Origin: Chthoniobacteraceae bacterium
GTDB taxonomy: Bacteria; Verrucomicrobiota; Verrucomicrobiia; Chthoniobacterales; Chthoniobacteraceae
DNA: 64,000 nucleotides
Assembly: GCA_040081625.1 (NCBI GenBank)
Contig: JBEBGD010000002.1
Span: 1-64,000 of the forward strand
Direction: 5' to 3'
Shown here: one piece after another, positions 61,560 to 64,000 of the stretch
Position numbering within the stretch: the stretch's first letter is position 1
How the letters are laid out: every line of letters starts with the position of its first letter
Notes under the pieces: model-generated
What the model saw: the letters and a program-made list of their open reading frames with translations, nothing else
Databases searched by the model: none
What the model was told of the DNA's origin: nothing
Translations under genes and position numbers: made by a program

Positions 61560-61636
61560 CGGACACGAACACACTCACTCAACGCATCGGATGCAACTCG
61601 TATCCGTTGTTCACACCAAACAAGAAAGGAAAACCC

Positions 61637-63115
61637 ATGAGCCCAATCGCTCTACCCATGCAGGAATTGAAACCTGCGCTCACTGGCTTCGGTAAAGTGC
61701 TTCATCGGCACCAACCGTTGCCCGTGCTTAATCACATCAAGGTCGAGAGGACCAAAGACGGCTGGATTGCCCTCACGGCAACTGACCTGGATGTGTTCGC
61801 CACAGTCAGGCTCGAACAACCCGTCGAAGGTGAACCTGTCGCCTTGCTCGTGCCGTTGGATGATCTGCAAAAGGTCGCCAAGTCCTGCGGCAAGACGGAC
61901 ATCATCAACATCGCCGGAGACGAGAAATCCATCAGCCTGCAATATCCCGTCGGCACTGGTAGCATGGAGACGAAAGTGGATTCGTTGCCGGTGGATGAGT
62001 TTCCTTCGATCCCACAGATCAAAGGTGACTCCATACCACTGCCGGATGCACTCCGGTCTTCACTGCATGAAGCTCTCGACTGCGCGAGCACCGATCAAAC
62101 GAGGCTCATCCTCAACGGTGCCTTCATCGACGTGTCTGATCGCAAAGGTCACTACATCGTTGGAACGAATGGCAGTCATCTCTACGCCAGCAATTCATTC
62201 AGCCTGGCGTTGAAGGATTCCATCATCATCCCCACACATCGGTTTCTGGGCTTCAAGGAGTTCAACAACGATGGGGAATGGCAGCTCAAGCTCGGCGAGA
62301 AGCCGGACAAAGACACGCCACCGTATGTGCAGCTCACCAGTCGGCGCTGGCGCTTCATCACCAAGCAGCACGATGGGAATTACCCCAACTGGCGACAGGT
62401 TGTTGTCTCCGAGTTCAGCAGCACGGTCACGCTCGATGTTGAGACGCTGGATGCGGTGATCAAGACCATCGAACGCCTGCCTGAGCATGATGCCGTCAAT
62501 CACACGCTCGGCTTCGAGATCAAAGGCAAGCAGGTGAATCTGCTGTGCAAAGCCGACAAGGAAGCGAAATGGACGCCGGTTGAACTCAAGGACGTGAAGA
62601 CCACTGGCAAGGACACGACGGTCTATCTCAATCGGATCTACGTCATGAAGGCGCTGTCGTTCGGGCTCAACCAACTCGACATCACTGATCCACGGTCCCC
62701 CGTTCGATTCAGTCACGAAAAACGTCAGATGATCGTCATGCCAATTCGTGTCGATGCTGATTCACCGGCATCACCAGCGCCACCAACACCGGTCGCAAAA
62801 GCAGAGCCACCTCAACCCGCAGCTCCACCACAAGCTGCCCAAGAAGAAAGGAAACCTACCATCATGCCCAGGCAACCAACACCCGCAGCCAGCAACGGCA
62901 ACGGCAACGGCAACGGCCACCAAGCTGAGAAGCCCGCACTTGAGATCGCAGTGGAGCAGGTGGAAGCCGTCAAAGCCTCAATCAAATCCGCTGTCGGCGG
63001 ACTCAACGACCTGCTCGATACTCTCAAGCAGGTGCAACGGGAGCAAAAGACGACTGACAAGGAAGTGCAGTCGGTTCGCAGCACGCTGGAAAAACTCCAG
63101 AGCGTGAAGCTCTAA
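61637..63115 (+). CDS. DNA polymerase III beta-clamp homolog with Pro-rich linker and coiled-coil tail
   Basis: PVLNHI, LTATDLD, EFP, LNG, VGTNG, GNYPNW, VMPIR. Confidence 0.85.
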   Translation: MSPIALPMQELKPALTGFGKVLHRHQPLPVLNHIKVERTKDGWIALTATDLDVFATVRLEQPVEGEPVALLVPLDDLQKVAKSCGKTDIINIAGDEKSISLQYPVGTGSMETKVDSLPVDEFPSIPQIKGDSIPLPDALRSSLHEALDCASTDQTRLILNGAFIDVSDRKGHYIVGTNGSHLYASNSFSLALKDSIIIPTHRFLGFKEFNNDGEWQLKLGEKPDKDTPPYVQLTSRRWRFITKQHDGNYPNWRQVVVSEFSSTVTLDVETLDAVIKTIERLPEHDAVNHTLGFEIKGKQVNLLCKADKEAKWTPVELKDVKTTGKDTTVYLNRIYVMKALSFGLNQLDITDPRSPVRFSHEKRQMIVMPIRVDADSPASPAPPTPVAKAEPPQPAAPPQAAQEERKPTIMPRQPTPAASNGNGNGNGHQAEKPALEIAVEQVEAVKASIKSAVGGLNDLLDTLKQVQREQKTTDKEVQSVRSTLEKLQSVKL

Positions 63116-63213
63116 CCAATTCGGCGACGGAAACACGGGTTGGGTGCAGGCTACCTCGGCGACGATTGAGGATCAGTCTGCATCCAGCCCAGCTCCGCGC
63201 TGAACACACACCG

Positions 63214-63414
63214 ATGGCTCGTATATCATCCATCGTCTTCGACAAGCAGGAGAGGCCATTACGTGCGACCATCCGCACATCGAGAGGGACAGTGAAAGTC
63301 GAATGGATGGACGTATGTGGTGATTGGTGCTGGATGACCTCCGGCATCCTCGACGCAAAGAAACTGGCATCACCTGCCATCGAACGAATCGAGCGCATGG
63401 TCACAAGACTCTGA
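63214..63414 (+). CDS. hypothetical protein
   Basis: Co-oriented 66-aa ORF following a long hairpin. Confidence 0.5.
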   Translation: MARISSIVFDKQERPLRATIRTSRGTVKVEWMDVCGDWCWMTSGILDAKKLASPAIERIERMVTRL

Positions 63415-63438
63415 CGCTCCAAAGAAAAGGAGGCATTC

Positions 63439-63732
63439 ATGCCCACAAGAAATACCGTGGTGCTGCAAAGGATCATCGAAGCTCTCGGTGATGATGCACC
63501 ACCTGACGCACTGGCACGGTTGGAAGCTGAGTTTCAAAGCTCGCTGCTCATCGTCGCTGGAACCGTCGAAGATGTCGCCAGACACGCGGAGAAACTGCGT
63601 CTGGCGATCACTGAACAAGAACGACCGCTCGTCTTGGATTACATTGCCAAGACCAGCGTGGCTCAACTCACGATCGATCACGTTGAAGACGCCATCAACT
63701 CGCTCTGGACTGATCGATTCATCGAACCCTAA
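63439..63732 (+). CDS. hypothetical protein
   Basis: AAGGAGG RBS; VEDV...LT..E...VLD. Confidence 0.65.
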   Translation: MPTRNTVVLQRIIEALGDDAPPDALARLEAEFQSSLLIVAGTVEDVARHAEKLRLAITEQERPLVLDYIAKTSVAQLTIDHVEDAINSLWTDRFIEP

Positions 63733-63770
63733 ACCCGCTCATCCATTCGGGTGAGCTTAGAAAGGACTGC

Positions 63771-64000
63771 ATGGCTGACTACTTCACCAACTTCAGCATG
63801 GATCTGTCATTGCCCACGGAAGAAGCGCAGCAATACGCGCTCAATCTGGCCGAGCAGGCATTCCACATTCACATGGGCGATGAAGTGCCTGACGACTTCC
63901 CAAAGTCGCTCATCGACGTGGCGGAAGATTGGCAGTTTGAGGTCGAAGCCGAGCAAACACCCACGAGCTACGGCCTTTGGATGCACTCACAGCATGGTGG
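63771..64000 (+). CDS. hypothetical protein, 5' part (runs off the window)
   Basis: AGAAAGGA RBS; MADYFTNFS..., open to the window end. Confidence 0.65.
   Translation, partial: MADYFTNFSMDLSLPTEEAQQYALNLAEQAFHIHMGDEVPDDFPKSLIDVAEDWQFEVEAEQTPTSYGLWMHSQHG

Larger units (their letters stand above)
41449..64000. mobile_element. genomic island / integrative element at the ssrA 3' end (right end outside the window)
   Basis: Abrupt drop in GC and change of codon style right after ssrA; att-like palindrome and direct repeats; defence-like cargo and a DNA-processing backbone; no integrase visible. Confidence 0.8.

Noticed and set aside
61637..63115. Chromosomal dnaN marking the origin region
   Set aside because: It is divergent, carries an extra tail, lies inside the low-GC island and has no dnaA, recF or gyrB neighbours.
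41449..64000. Calling the island a prophage
   Set aside because: No virion, terminase or lysis genes are recognisable in the window, so the element class is left open.

Overview
The window has two compositionally distinct parts. Bases 1-41,450 are GC-rich core chromosome, and the gene families point to a PVC-superphylum bacterium, probably Verrucomicrobia. This part holds a cdd start, two tandem thymidylate-kinase paralogs, a GCS2 ligase, vapBC coupled to a TIGR03032 gene and an FG-GAP remnant, a PVC heme-binding dehydrogenase between two DUF1080 genes, a CzcCBA-type efflux operon, amtB-glnK with a sigma54-type promoter, recJ, rnc, hemB, an MBOAT/SGNH O-acylation cluster including an FHA-SGNH fusion, pepP, rfbA, a VIT-vWA gene and ssrA (tmRNA). 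From the ssrA 3' end to the window end the sequence is visibly lower in GC and looks like an integrated element whose integrase and far end lie outside the window. Its first ~15 kb is cargo: EEP nuclease, SRAP, GHKL-ATPase/PD-(D/E)XK plus HEPN-like plus GIY-YIG-like genes, proteases, and SWIB and histone-like proteins. A co-oriented backbone follows, with an Fe-S PD-(D/E)XK nuclease, a WGR-ATP-dependent ligase and a beta-clamp homolog, punctuated by G.U-containing hairpins and a shared AGAAAGGA RBS. The most interesting observations are that backbone, the candidate defence locus, three palindromes with short-tandem-repeat arms (one in frame inside a gene) and a candidate oriC between recJ and rnc. 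All calls come from reading motifs by eye; no searches were run.
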